DNA from: a candidate division WOR-3 bacterium
Lineage (GTDB): Bacteria; Hydrothermota; Tepidihabitantia; Tepidihabitantales; Tepidihabitantaceae
Direction: 5' to 3'
DNA length: 21,883 nucleotides
Assembly (NCBI GenBank): GCA_965648905.1
Contig: CBFGIT010000040.1
Location: 1-21,883, forward strand
In this document: in pieces, positions 1 to 7,358 of the stretch
Numbering within the stretch: the stretch's first letter is position 1
Layout of the letters: every line of letters begins with the position of its first letter
The notes under the pieces: generated by a model
Databases searched by the model: none
Told to the model about the DNA's origin: nothing
The model's input: the letters and a program-made list of their open reading frames with translations, nothing else
Position numbers and translations under genes: made by a program

Positions 1-692
1 ACAGCGCCTGGAGTCCGTGGTTCTACCCGGAATGGGAGTTCGAGGTCGAGAAACCCAACCCGGTGTGCCTCGACTTCGTGCCCGTGCCGGTAAGCCCGCT
101 GCCCGGCACCAAAGGGCCGAACCTGATACCGACTCTTGAAGTAGAAGGTCCGCCCCAGGCCACGCAGTTCCACTTCTGCGTCTGGCGCGGAGACGGCAAC
201 GAAGTCGTCGCCGAGGCCCTCACTGGTGAACCGGCCTGGACCGTCACCGTGCCGGCGCTGAACCTGCCGCCCGGCGTTTATAGCTGGAGCTGCCAGGCAA
301 GCATCTGCGGCGAATGGGACGACTGGTTCGAACCACGGTGGTATTTCGAAGTCGACAAGCCCGCGGCACTGAACCAGGACGGCGCACTGGCCGGCGGTGC
401 AGCGGCCCAGCCGGCCGCGCTGCCTCTGGTCTATCCCAACCCGTGCGGCGCAAACGGGGCCGACATCCAACTCAGCGTTCCGCGGCGCACAAGGGTTGCG
501 CTCGCCCTCTATTCAGTAGAAGGCGAACTGATCCGCACCCTGGTGCCGAGTTCCATCGCGTGCCCCGGAACCCTCCAGGTTTCCTGGGACGGCAAAGACC
601 ATGCCGGGCACAACGTAGCGGCCGGGACCTACCTGTGCCAGGTTACGACCGACGACGCTCATCGCGTTGTCAAAATCACAAAGTCCCGGTAG
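1..692 (+). CDS. 5'-truncated secreted-type protein with repeated Trp-rich Ig/FN3-like modules and a C-terminal FlgD-Ig/T9SS-like sorting domain
   Basis: The frame is open from position 3 (SAWSPWFYPEWEFEVEKP...), which resembles the internal WDDWFEPRWYFEVDKP and so indicates a repeated module. The C-terminus YPNP...LYSVEGELIRTL...WDGKDHAGHNVAAGTYLCQV is typical of FlgD-Ig C-terminal domains. TAG at 690-692. Confidence 0.75.
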   Translation, partial: SAWSPWFYPEWEFEVEKPNPVCLDFVPVPVSPLPGTKGPNLIPTLEVEGPPQATQFHFCVWRGDGNEVVAEALTGEPAWTVTVPALNLPPGVYSWSCQASICGEWDDWFEPRWYFEVDKPAALNQDGALAGGAAAQPAALPLVYPNPCGANGADIQLSVPRRTRVALALYSVEGELIRTLVPSSIACPGTLQVSWDGKDHAGHNVAAGTYLCQVTTDDAHRVVKITKSR

Positions 693-700
693 CTTCCTCC

Positions 701-740
701 TGGCAGGGCTCTCCTGTTCCCGCGCAGGGGAGCCCTGCCG
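701..740 (+). other. Long GC-rich hairpin after the first gene
   Basis: GGCAGGGCTCTCCTG (702-716) pairs with CAGGGGAGCCCTGCC (725-739): 15 bp with one G-U pair, 8-nt loop. Confidence 0.7.
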
Positions 741-754
741 AACTTCCTTCCAGT

Positions 755-790
755 GTTGAGGGGCGAAGGTTCGCCCCTCAACTCTTTTCC
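755..790 (+). terminator. Rho-independent terminator
   Basis: Perfect 13-bp inverted repeat GTTGAGGGGCGAA (755-767) / TTCGCCCCTCAAC (770-782), followed by TCTTTT. Confidence 0.75.
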
Positions 791-808
791 CGGTTCCACT
801 GACCGTGC

Positions 809-836
809 TTGACTTGACGCCACGGTCGTCTACGCT
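809..836 (+). promoter_or_regulatory. Putative sigma70 promoter of the efp-like gene
   Basis: TTGACT (809-814), 16 nt, TACGCT (831-836). SD AAGGAG at 843-848 precedes ATG 855. Confidence 0.55.
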
Positions 837-854
837 GTCTCCAAGGAGCCAACC

Positions 855-1415
855 ATGACCAAAGCTTCAGATTTGCGCACCGGCATGTGTATCAAGTTCG
901 GTAACGAGGTCTACAAGATTCTCTTGGCCGAGATGAAAGTCGGCACGGCCAAGCTGCCGAGCTCGGTTCATCTCCGGCTTGAGAACCTGCACACCCGCAC
1001 CCAGACTGACCAGCGCCTGCACCCTGACGACAAAGTCGAAGACATCGCGGTCGAGACCGTCACCCTGGAGTACAGCTACTCCGACGCCGACTCGCTCTAC
1101 TTCCTGCACCCGGAAACGTTCGAACAGGTCGCGCTGCCCCGACGCATGGTCGGCAACTACGAAAAGTTCCTCGACTCCGGCACCAGGCTCAGGGTCGAGT
1201 TCTACGGCGACGAACCGATCGACGTGCTCGTCCCCAAGACCGCGGACGCGGTCGTCGCCGCAACCGGCGCGCCCCTGCACGGCGACGTCGATTCCGCGCC
1301 CAAAGAAGCGACACTGACCAACGGCCTCGTAATCCACGTGCCGCAGTTCATCAAGACCGGCGACAAAGTCCGGATTGACTTGGCCTCAGGCCGATACCTC
1401 GAACGACTGCACTAA
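855..1415 (+). CDS. efp: Elongation factor P family protein (divergent paralogue with non-canonical tip loop)
   Basis: 186 aa. ASDLRTGMCI at the N-terminus, YSYSDADSLYFLHPETFEQV in domain II, KEATLTNGLVIHVPQFIKTGDKVRID..GRYLER at the C-terminus, all matching the EF-P pattern. The PGKG loop is replaced by VGTAKLPSS. Confidence 0.88.
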   Translation: MTKASDLRTGMCIKFGNEVYKILLAEMKVGTAKLPSSVHLRLENLHTRTQTDQRLHPDDKVEDIAVETVTLEYSYSDADSLYFLHPETFEQVALPRRMVGNYEKFLDSGTRLRVEFYGDEPIDVLVPKTADAVVAATGAPLHGDVDSAPKEATLTNGLVIHVPQFIKTGDKVRIDLASGRYLERLH

Positions 1416-1424
1416 GGAGAACCT

Positions 1425-2999
1425 GTGACCCGACTGTTGACAATTCTGCTCGCCGCAACCCTGACCGCAGCTTCTGACCCGGTCTGGGTCCGCACCTACA
1501 ACGGCCCGGGAAATTCCGACGACGAAGCGACCTGCCTCGCGGTCGATGCTTCAGGCAACGTCTGCATCTCAGGCCGAAGCTATGGTGACGGAACCCAGTA
1601 CGACTACGCGACCATCTGCTTTCGTCCCAACGGCGACACGGCCTGGCTTGAGCGCTATCTCATTCCCGGCATCGGCTGGGACATTGCCCAGGCCGTCGCC
1701 TTCGACCACGAAGGCAACGCCATTGTCACCGGCTACTCCTGGGGCCAGTCCAATCCGTACGACTGGGCAACGGTCAAGTATGACCCCAATGGTGTCGAGC
1801 TGTGGCAGCGCCGGTTCGGCGGCGCCGCCGGCAACGAAGACTGGGCCTACGCACTCGCGCTCGACAGCTCAGGCGCGGTCTACGTCACCGGTACAAGTAA
1901 CGGCTATCGGCCGGACACAACCGAGTTCGACATCGTCACCTACAAGTACCGTTCCAACGGCGACAGCGCCTGGGTCAAGATGCTCGACCTGGGCGATACC
2001 GACGCTGCCTTTGCCATCGCCCTTGACCGGCTCGGTGCAGTCTACGTTACCGGTGTCACTCAAGACACCGTCACCGGCCTCGACTTCATCACGGTCAAGT
2101 ACCGGCCCGACGGCGAAACCGCCTGGACCCGACGGTTTGACGGCCCGGCCCACAGCCGTGACCAGGCATCCGGCCTTGCCCTGGACCAGCATGCCAACGT
2201 CTACGTCATCGGCACCAGCACGCCCGCGCCCGGCGCCGACGGCGACTGGACTCTCGTCAAGTACGACAGTGCCGGCAACCTGGTCTGGGTCCGGTACTAC
2301 CAGGGCCCGAGCACAGACCAGCCCACGGCACTGGCAACCGACCCTGTTGGCAACATCGTCGTCACCGGCTACACCTCCCAGTCTAGCCAAAGCTGGGACT
2401 GGCTGACAATCAAGTACCGGCCCAGCGGCGACACGGTCTGGACCCGGCGCCACAACGGCCCGGGCAGCGGGCCCGACTTGGCCAATGCCCTGGTCCTGGA
2501 CCAGCACGGCAACGCCATTGTCACCGGGTCTGAGTATTCAGACTCCGGGTACAGCAACATCCGAACCGCCTGCTACGACACCTCAGGCAGAGAGATTTGG
2601 AGCGCGACCTGGTCCGGGCCGGGCCAAAGCGACGACGAAGCGGTCGCGGTCGCCCTTGACCGCTCAGGCGCAGTCTTTGTCACGGGCTACACCGGCACCG
2701 TCCTCTCCGGCACCGACTACGTGCTCATCAAGTACCGCCTCGAACCGGGCGTTACCGAACCCGCGCACCCGGCCCGCGCGCTGGCGCATGCCGGCTCGAC
2801 CATTGTGCGCGGTGTGCTGCACCTTGCGGACAGAGGACAGTCCCAACCTGTCCTGCTCGATGCCTCGGGCCGACGGGTCATGGAATTGCACGCCGGCGCA
2901 AACGACATCGGCCACCTGGCCCCGGGCATCTACTTTGTGCTGACTGCAACCGGTCCTCGGTCATCTCCCCGGGTCAACCGCATCGTCGTCACAAGGTAG
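1425..2999 (+). CDS. Secreted SBBP-repeat beta-propeller protein with C-terminal sorting-type domain
   Basis: GTG start with SD AAGGAG overlapping the efp stop. Signal-peptide-like N-terminus. Eight repeats of W..R..GP...D.A..LA.D..GN.YVTG.S...D..TxKY. C-terminus LLDASGRRVMEL...LAPGIYFV. Confidence 0.85.
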   Translation: MTRLLTILLAATLTAASDPVWVRTYNGPGNSDDEATCLAVDASGNVCISGRSYGDGTQYDYATICFRPNGDTAWLERYLIPGIGWDIAQAVAFDHEGNAIVTGYSWGQSNPYDWATVKYDPNGVELWQRRFGGAAGNEDWAYALALDSSGAVYVTGTSNGYRPDTTEFDIVTYKYRSNGDSAWVKMLDLGDTDAAFAIALDRLGAVYVTGVTQDTVTGLDFITVKYRPDGETAWTRRFDGPAHSRDQASGLALDQHANVYVIGTSTPAPGADGDWTLVKYDSAGNLVWVRYYQGPSTDQPTALATDPVGNIVVTGYTSQSSQSWDWLTIKYRPSGDTVWTRRHNGPGSGPDLANALVLDQHGNAIVTGSEYSDSGYSNIRTACYDTSGREIWSATWSGPGQSDDEAVAVALDRSGAVFVTGYTGTVLSGTDYVLIKYRLEPGVTEPAHPARALAHAGSTIVRGVLHLADRGQSQPVLLDASGRRVMELHAGANDIGHLAPGIYFVLTATGPRSSPRVNRIVVTR

Positions 3000-3038
3000 A
3001 CTGCTAAGGCAAAGGGCACGGACAGGCGCGTTGTCCTG

Positions 3039-3383
3039 TCAGTCCGCTGATTCGTTGAGGATGCTCCGGACTTGTTCGATGAGAGTCGGCAATTTGCCCT
3101 GCACGACGTCCCAGACGATGTCTATGTCGATGCCGAAGTAATCGTGGACCAGGATGCCCCGCAATCCGGCCATTTTCTCCCACTCGACCTCTGGATGGTC
3201 GCGTCTGGTCTGGGCAGGCAGCTTCTTCGCCGCCTCACCGATAACTTCAAGGTTCCGGACCACCGCGTCGTGCGTGCGCCGGTCGTTTGCCAGCTCGGCC
3301 TTGCTCATGCCCGCGACGAAGTCACGGGCCGCCACCGCGGCTTCAATGATGTCTTCGAGGTATGCCCTATAGTCCCGCGGCAT
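3039..3383 (-). CDS. hepT: HEPN/DUF86 (HepT-like) ribonuclease toxin
   Basis: 114 aa. YLEDI...DAVVRNLEVIGEAAKKLP...W..MAGLRGILVHDYFGID.D.VW matches DUF86, with an RX4HXY motif. Overlaps the upstream MNT gene by 17 nt. Confidence 0.85.
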   Translation of the reverse strand: MPRDYRAYLEDIIEAAVAARDFVAGMSKAELANDRRTHDAVVRNLEVIGEAAKKLPAQTRRDHPEVEWEKMAGLRGILVHDYFGIDIDIVWDVVQGKLPTLIEQVRSILNESAD

Positions 3384-3666
3384 GGACCGCTTCGGACAGA
3401 ATCGGTTCGCGCAGTCGCGGCTTCACGACATCCATGAGCACAAGGTCAACCGGACGGCCGAGCAGCTCCTCAAGGAAGAACTTCAAATCCATGTAGTTGT
3501 CGAACGTCTTGCGGTCAAACTCGACCAAGAAATCAATGTCGCTTGCTTCGGTGACCTCGTTGCGTGCGGCTGACCCGAATAGCGCCAGACTCCGCACCCC
3601 ATACGATTGAATCCGGTCCCGATTGCGGGCCAGCAGTTCCAGCACTTCGTCACGCGTCAGCTTCAT
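3367..3666 (-). CDS. mntA: Minimal nucleotidyltransferase (MntA-like) antitoxin
   Basis: LFGSAARNEVTEASDIDFLVEF is a GSX10DXD motif, followed by LEELLGRPVDLV. Start is ATG 3666 or 3669; 3666 coincides with the predicted transcription start. Confidence 0.87.
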   Translation of the reverse strand: MKLTRDEVLELLARNRDRIQSYGVRSLALFGSAARNEVTEASDIDFLVEFDRKTFDNYMDLKFFLEELLGRPVDLVLMDVVKPRLREPILSEAVHAAGL

Positions 3667-3672
3667 CATCTG

Positions 3673-3700
3673 ATCATAGCATCACCGCACCGGTTGTCAC
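3673..3700 (-). promoter_or_regulatory. Putative promoter of the MNT-HEPN operon (probably leaderless mRNA)
   Basis: Minus strand: GTGACA (3700-3695), 16 nt, TATGAT (3678-3673) with an extended -10 TG. Predicted +1 is near 3666, the ATG. No SD is visible. Confidence 0.55.
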
Positions 3701-3829
3701 TCGGGACAAAGGCGCAGGCCTCAAGCAGCATGTTGCCGCGCAATCAAGAGTTCCGGGCAGTGAACAAGCCCAGCCGGTCCTGCTCGACGTCGCCGTCAAG
3801 AAGTGAACGACAAGGGCAATAGGAGCTGA

Positions 3830-4069
3830 CAAGACCGCGGCCAAAACCGCGTCAACTGCCCGGACAGCCGCGCTCTCAACTGCTCAACGACCTGACCGCC
3901 TGACTGCGCGGCCAGCTCAAACAGCAACCGCACAGGCTGGCGCTCGGCCAGACGCTCAAGCCACCGCTCCGGCCATCATCCAAGACAAGACCCCGGCTGA
4001 CACGTGCCCGACTGCTCGACCCAAGACCGTGCAAACCGCTCTTTGAACTGCCAAGACCGCTACTCTTTG
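3830..4069. repeat. Degenerate tandem array of about 20 units of 12 bp
   Basis: Cut into 12-mers from 3830, units include CAAGACCGCGGC, AACTGCCCGGAC, AACTGCTCAACG, GACTGCGCGGCC, AACCGCACAGGC, CACCGCTCCGGC, CAAGACCCCGGC and GACTGCTCGACC. Hand column counts: purine at position 2 in 19/20, purine at position 5 in 19/20, C at position 6 in 17/20, C at positions 8 and 12 in 14/20 each. Confidence 0.7.
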
Positions 4070-4151
4070 GGAGACCGGGGAGCCCGGCCGCTATCCCGAC
4101 ACATATCCCCTTGACCTGCAATCACATAGTGCTATCGAACCAGCCTTGCCC

Positions 4152-4173
4152 CATGATAGTAATTACTATCATG
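4152..4173. promoter_or_regulatory. Perfect 22-bp palindrome, candidate operator upstream of the cas operon
   Basis: CATGATAGTAATTACTATCATG is its own reverse complement. It is AT-rich in a GC-rich context and ends 66 bp before the cas -35 box. Confidence 0.65.
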
Positions 4174-4239
4174 CGGGTCGTCGCCCGCCATCGGTCTGCG
4201 GCGGGCATTCTAAGCTGTTCGTGCGCCCTCAACGCGGGC

Positions 4240-4267
4240 TTGACTTCGGCCACTGCTGCGCTATAGT
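4240..4267 (+). promoter_or_regulatory. Putative sigma70 promoter of the cas operon
   Basis: TTGACT (4240-4245), 16 nt, TATAGT (4262-4267). Confidence 0.65.
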
Positions 4268-4362
4268 GCAATCGCCGCCCGATTCCCGCGGCTGAAGGAT
4301 GACGATCATGGAACTATTGACCGTTCGACCGCAATCTGTTCGTGCCCGTACCGGAGCCAATC

Positions 4363-5004
4363 ATGCCGGTGGTTGACCTCGCCTTCACCCTGCTCGGTAA
4401 GGAAGTCCCGGCTGACCACGGGTTCGCGCTTTACAGCGCAGTGTCCCGGCACGTACCCTGGGTTCATGAACCGACCCAGGACTCGCTGGGCATTCACCCA
4501 ATCAACGGCATGGTCGTCGGCAACCGGCTGCTTCACCTGACTCCCGGCAGCCGGCTCACTTTCCGCCTCGACGCACAACACATCCGGCATCTGCTCCCGC
4601 TTGCGGGCAGAGAACTCGACCTTGACGGCCACAGGCTCAGGGTCGGTGTGCCGACAACCTATCCGCTCCGACCTCGGGCCGTGCTCCGCAGCCGCCTCGT
4701 CACCATCAAGCACCGCCTTGAACCCGACCCATTCCTTGACATGGCAAAGCAGCAGTTGACCGATCTGGGTATCAGAGCCACGCCCGGCCTTGTGAAGCGA
4801 CGAGGCGCGCGGCCGCTCGAAGGCAATGACGCGGGTCCCAAGTCCCCCTTCATCCGCCGCACCATCCGCATCCACGATAGAGAAGTAGTTGGCTACGCCG
4901 TCGTTGTCCAAGGCCTGACTGCGGACGAATCGCTCAAGCTCCAGGAACACGGCCTCGGCGGCCGCCGCCGCTTCGGCTGCGGCATCTTTGTGCCGGTACG
5001 ATAG
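4363..5004 (+). CDS. cas6: CRISPR-associated endoribonuclease Cas6, MYXAN subtype (Cmx6)
   Basis: VDLAF...VPADHGFALYSAVS, LGIHPING, L.SRLVTIK and the Gly-rich C-terminal loop GLGGRRRFGCGIF. ATG 4363 with SD GGAG (4353-4356) is preferred to GTG 4342. Confidence 0.92.
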   Translation: MPVVDLAFTLLGKEVPADHGFALYSAVSRHVPWVHEPTQDSLGIHPINGMVVGNRLLHLTPGSRLTFRLDAQHIRHLLPLAGRELDLDGHRLRVGVPTTYPLRPRAVLRSRLVTIKHRLEPDPFLDMAKQQLTDLGIRATPGLVKRRGARPLEGNDAGPKSPFIRRTIRIHDREVVGYAVVVQGLTADESLKLQEHGLGGRRRFGCGIFVPVR

Positions 5005-7358
5005 TGACTGAGGACGCGCGGCAGGTCATCCTCGCCAAGAGGCCTCGCGACCGACAACGTCCGGCCGAACAGGAAACGTTTCTCGGCCACAGCCGTGCGG
5101 TCGCGGACGCATTCCGTATCATGTTCGGCACGACAGAAGTTCCTACGCGGCTGGGGCAGGAGTGGTTGAGGTTCTTCAAGCTAGGACTAGAGGACAATTG
5201 GCTGCGATTCCATCGAGCCTCCACGGCCGCCTGCGCGCTGCATGACTTGGGCAAGGCGAACAGTGGGTTCCAAGCCGCGGTCCGGGGCAACGAAGCCGCA
5301 CAGGTCTTAAGACACGAGCACCTGAGCGCACTCATCCTCAGCCTGCCTTCGGTCGCCACATGGCTGGGGGGGGCGTGTCAGACTGACTCAGGGGTCGTGA
5401 TTCCGGCTGTGCTCGGACACCACCTGAAGGCGCGCGCGGACACTGATGCAGAGCACCCGTACTGGACTCTCGGATCCTTGTTCAGCGCTGACCGCGACCT
5501 CCTGACTTTGCAGACAGAAGGCGTCGTCGAGCTGCTTGCGCTGACCGCCGACCTGCTTGGCGCAGCGCGGCTGGACTCGGCAGAAATCCCGGTCCGCTGG
5601 TCGTTCAGAGGACGCACAGGCTGGTTCGACGCGGCTTCTCATGCCGAGAGAACAAGAGAGAAACTCAACTACCTGGGGCGCACCCTTGCCAGCGACGCTT
5701 CGCTCGGCCACCTCCTGCACCTCCTGGCGGCCGTCCGCACGGCACTGATTCTCGCCGACAGCGCCGGCTCCGGGCTTGTCCGAGAGAACAAACCCATTGA
5801 GGACTGGCTCAGGTCTGCCTTCGACGAGAACTTGTGCGTTGATGGCTCAGCAGTACAGTCCAAGGTCATCAAACCACGCATCTCAGACCTGTCTGCCAAG
5901 GGACGCTGGGATAAGTGGCACGACTTCCAGGAAGCAGCAGCCAAGCTGCCAGCGCGGGCTTTGATGCTTGCGCCTTGCGGCAGCGGTAAGACCCTGGCTG
6001 CCTGGCGCTGGATTGCCGCGCAAGCAGAAATGCGGCCGGCGGCCCGCGTCATATTCCTTTACCCCACGCGCGGCACTGCGACCGAGGGCTTCCGCGACTA
6101 TGTCTCCTGGGCGCCCGAAGCAGACGCCGCATTACTCCACAGCACCTCGGAGTACGAGTTGCAGGGCATGTTTGAGGAGGTGCAGGATAGCCGCCGCGAC
6201 AAAGACTACACTACCGATGACAGATTGTATGCACTTGCGTACTGGCAGCGCCGTATGTTCAGCGCCACAGTAGACCAGTTCCTTGGGTTCATGCAGCACT
6301 CATATCGCTCAACATGCCTGATGCCTGTTCTGGCCGACAGCATCGTGGTGTTTGACGAGGTACACAGCTTCGACAAATCACTCTTCTCGGCCCTGCGACG
6401 GTTCCTCCAGGAGTTCGACATCCCCGTCCTGTGCATGACTGCAAGTCTGCCATCACAACGCATCGAGGGCTTGAGTCAATGCGGGCTCGCGGTGTTCCCC
6501 CAAGACCTTACCCAATTCCAGGACTTGAAGGCCAAGGCCGAACGGAAGCGGTATGCTGTTGCCGGTCTTGCCGACGCAACGGCAGCCGAGAAGGCTGCCC
6601 GCACTGCGTTCGCAGAAGGCAGGCGCGTTCTCTGGGTCGTGAACACGGTTGACCGCTGCCAGGCTCTTGCCCGCAGACTCGATGCTCTCTGCTACCATAG
6701 CAGGTTCAAACTTGACGACCGAAGGAAACGTCACGGCGAGGCGGTGTTGGCATTCAGACCAGGCGGTCCGGCGGTGGTCGCGGTCACAACGCAGGTCTGC
6801 GAGATGAGCCTCGACCTTGACGCCGACGTTCTCATCACCGAACACGCGCCAGTCACTAGCCTTATCCAGAGAATGGGTCGCTGCAACCGTCACGATGTGC
6901 CGGGCGACGCCCGAACCGGCCAGGTGTTCCTCTACCCACCGGAGTCGGGGAAGCCCTACAGCAAGGATGACCTTGTCGGCCTGGAAGGCTTTGTCTCGGC
7001 CCTGAACGGCAAGACGGTCAGTCAATCCTACCTGCAGGAACTGCTGGAGCAGTACGGCCCCAGAGAAGTCGAGGTTGACCGCTACGCGGCATTTCTGGAA
7101 AGCGGCCCGTGGGCGGCCTCGCGCGAAGAGCCTCTGCGCGAAGGCGGCGACTACACCGCCGATGCTATCCTCGACCGCGACTTGAACATCTACAAGGCAC
7201 TCAAGAAGAACGGAAAGCCGGTAGACGGTCTTGTTGTCCCGGTTCCGCGCCGTCTGGTCGGAACCGCCGAGCGCATCGACCGTTATGCTGTTGCACCCGC
7301 CAAGCACTACAACAAGAAGTGGGGATTCATGGAGAAACCTTATGGCGAAGAAACGTGA
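5004..7358 (+). CDS. cas3: Cas3 HD nuclease-helicase
   Basis: HD-domain motifs GHS, LHDLGK, RHEHLS, GHH and LADS. SF2 helicase motifs APCGSGKT, DEVH, MTAS, HSRF and QRMGRCNR. The GTG start overlaps the cas6 stop. Confidence 0.95.
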   Translation: MTEDARQVILAKRPRDRQRPAEQETFLGHSRAVADAFRIMFGTTEVPTRLGQEWLRFFKLGLEDNWLRFHRASTAACALHDLGKANSGFQAAVRGNEAAQVLRHEHLSALILSLPSVATWLGGACQTDSGVVIPAVLGHHLKARADTDAEHPYWTLGSLFSADRDLLTLQTEGVVELLALTADLLGAARLDSAEIPVRWSFRGRTGWFDAASHAERTREKLNYLGRTLASDASLGHLLHLLAAVRTALILADSAGSGLVRENKPIEDWLRSAFDENLCVDGSAVQSKVIKPRISDLSAKGRWDKWHDFQEAAAKLPARALMLAPCGSGKTLAAWRWIAAQAEMRPAARVIFLYPTRGTATEGFRDYVSWAPEADAALLHSTSEYELQGMFEEVQDSRRDKDYTTDDRLYALAYWQRRMFSATVDQFLGFMQHSYRSTCLMPVLADSIVVFDEVHSFDKSLFSALRRFLQEFDIPVLCMTASLPSQRIEGLSQCGLAVFPQDLTQFQDLKAKAERKRYAVAGLADATAAEKAARTAFAEGRRVLWVVNTVDRCQALARRLDALCYHSRFKLDDRRKRHGEAVLAFRPGGPAVVAVTTQVCEMSLDLDADVLITEHAPVTSLIQRMGRCNRHDVPGDARTGQVFLYPPESGKPYSKDDLVGLEGFVSALNGKTVSQSYLQELLEQYGPREVEVDRYAAFLESGPWAASREEPLREGGDYTADAILDRDLNIYKALKKNGKPVDGLVVPVPRRLVGTAERIDRYAVAPAKHYNKKWGFMEKPYGEET

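Noticed and set aside
3018..3030. The first 10 nt of spacer 15 (GACAGGCGCG) match 3021-3030, preceded by ACG
   Set aside because: With 28 spacers and both strands of 22 kb, about one 10-nt hit is expected by chance. The match does not extend, and it lies downstream of the toxin gene rather than in a promoter.
3876..4121. 81-aa Ser/Gly-rich minus-strand ORF
   Set aside because: It is a by-product of the 12-bp periodic tract. It has a TTG start, no recognisable domain, and the periodicity continues past its stop.
4126..4274. Direct repeat ATAGTGC(T/A)ATCG at 4126 and 4263, the second overlapping the cas -10; also CTGTTCGTGC at 4215 and 4336
   Set aside because: Matches of this length are plausible by chance in 700 bp, and there is no convincing handle or PAM context for a regulatory crRNA.
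3670..4362. Search for a CreA/CreR-like mini-array regulating the TA or cas promoter; found TGCTCAACG (3881-3889, matching the reverse repeat) and ATGTTG (3730)
   Set aside because: Neither has the repeat hairpin or a second pseudo-repeat at spacer distance. A very degenerate one cannot be excluded without covariance or small-RNA data.
7231..7341. ORF-track N-terminal extension of cas8 (similarly cas2 from 12312 and cas6 from 4342)
   Set aside because: Downstream ATGs with SD motifs or stop-start overlaps fit better.
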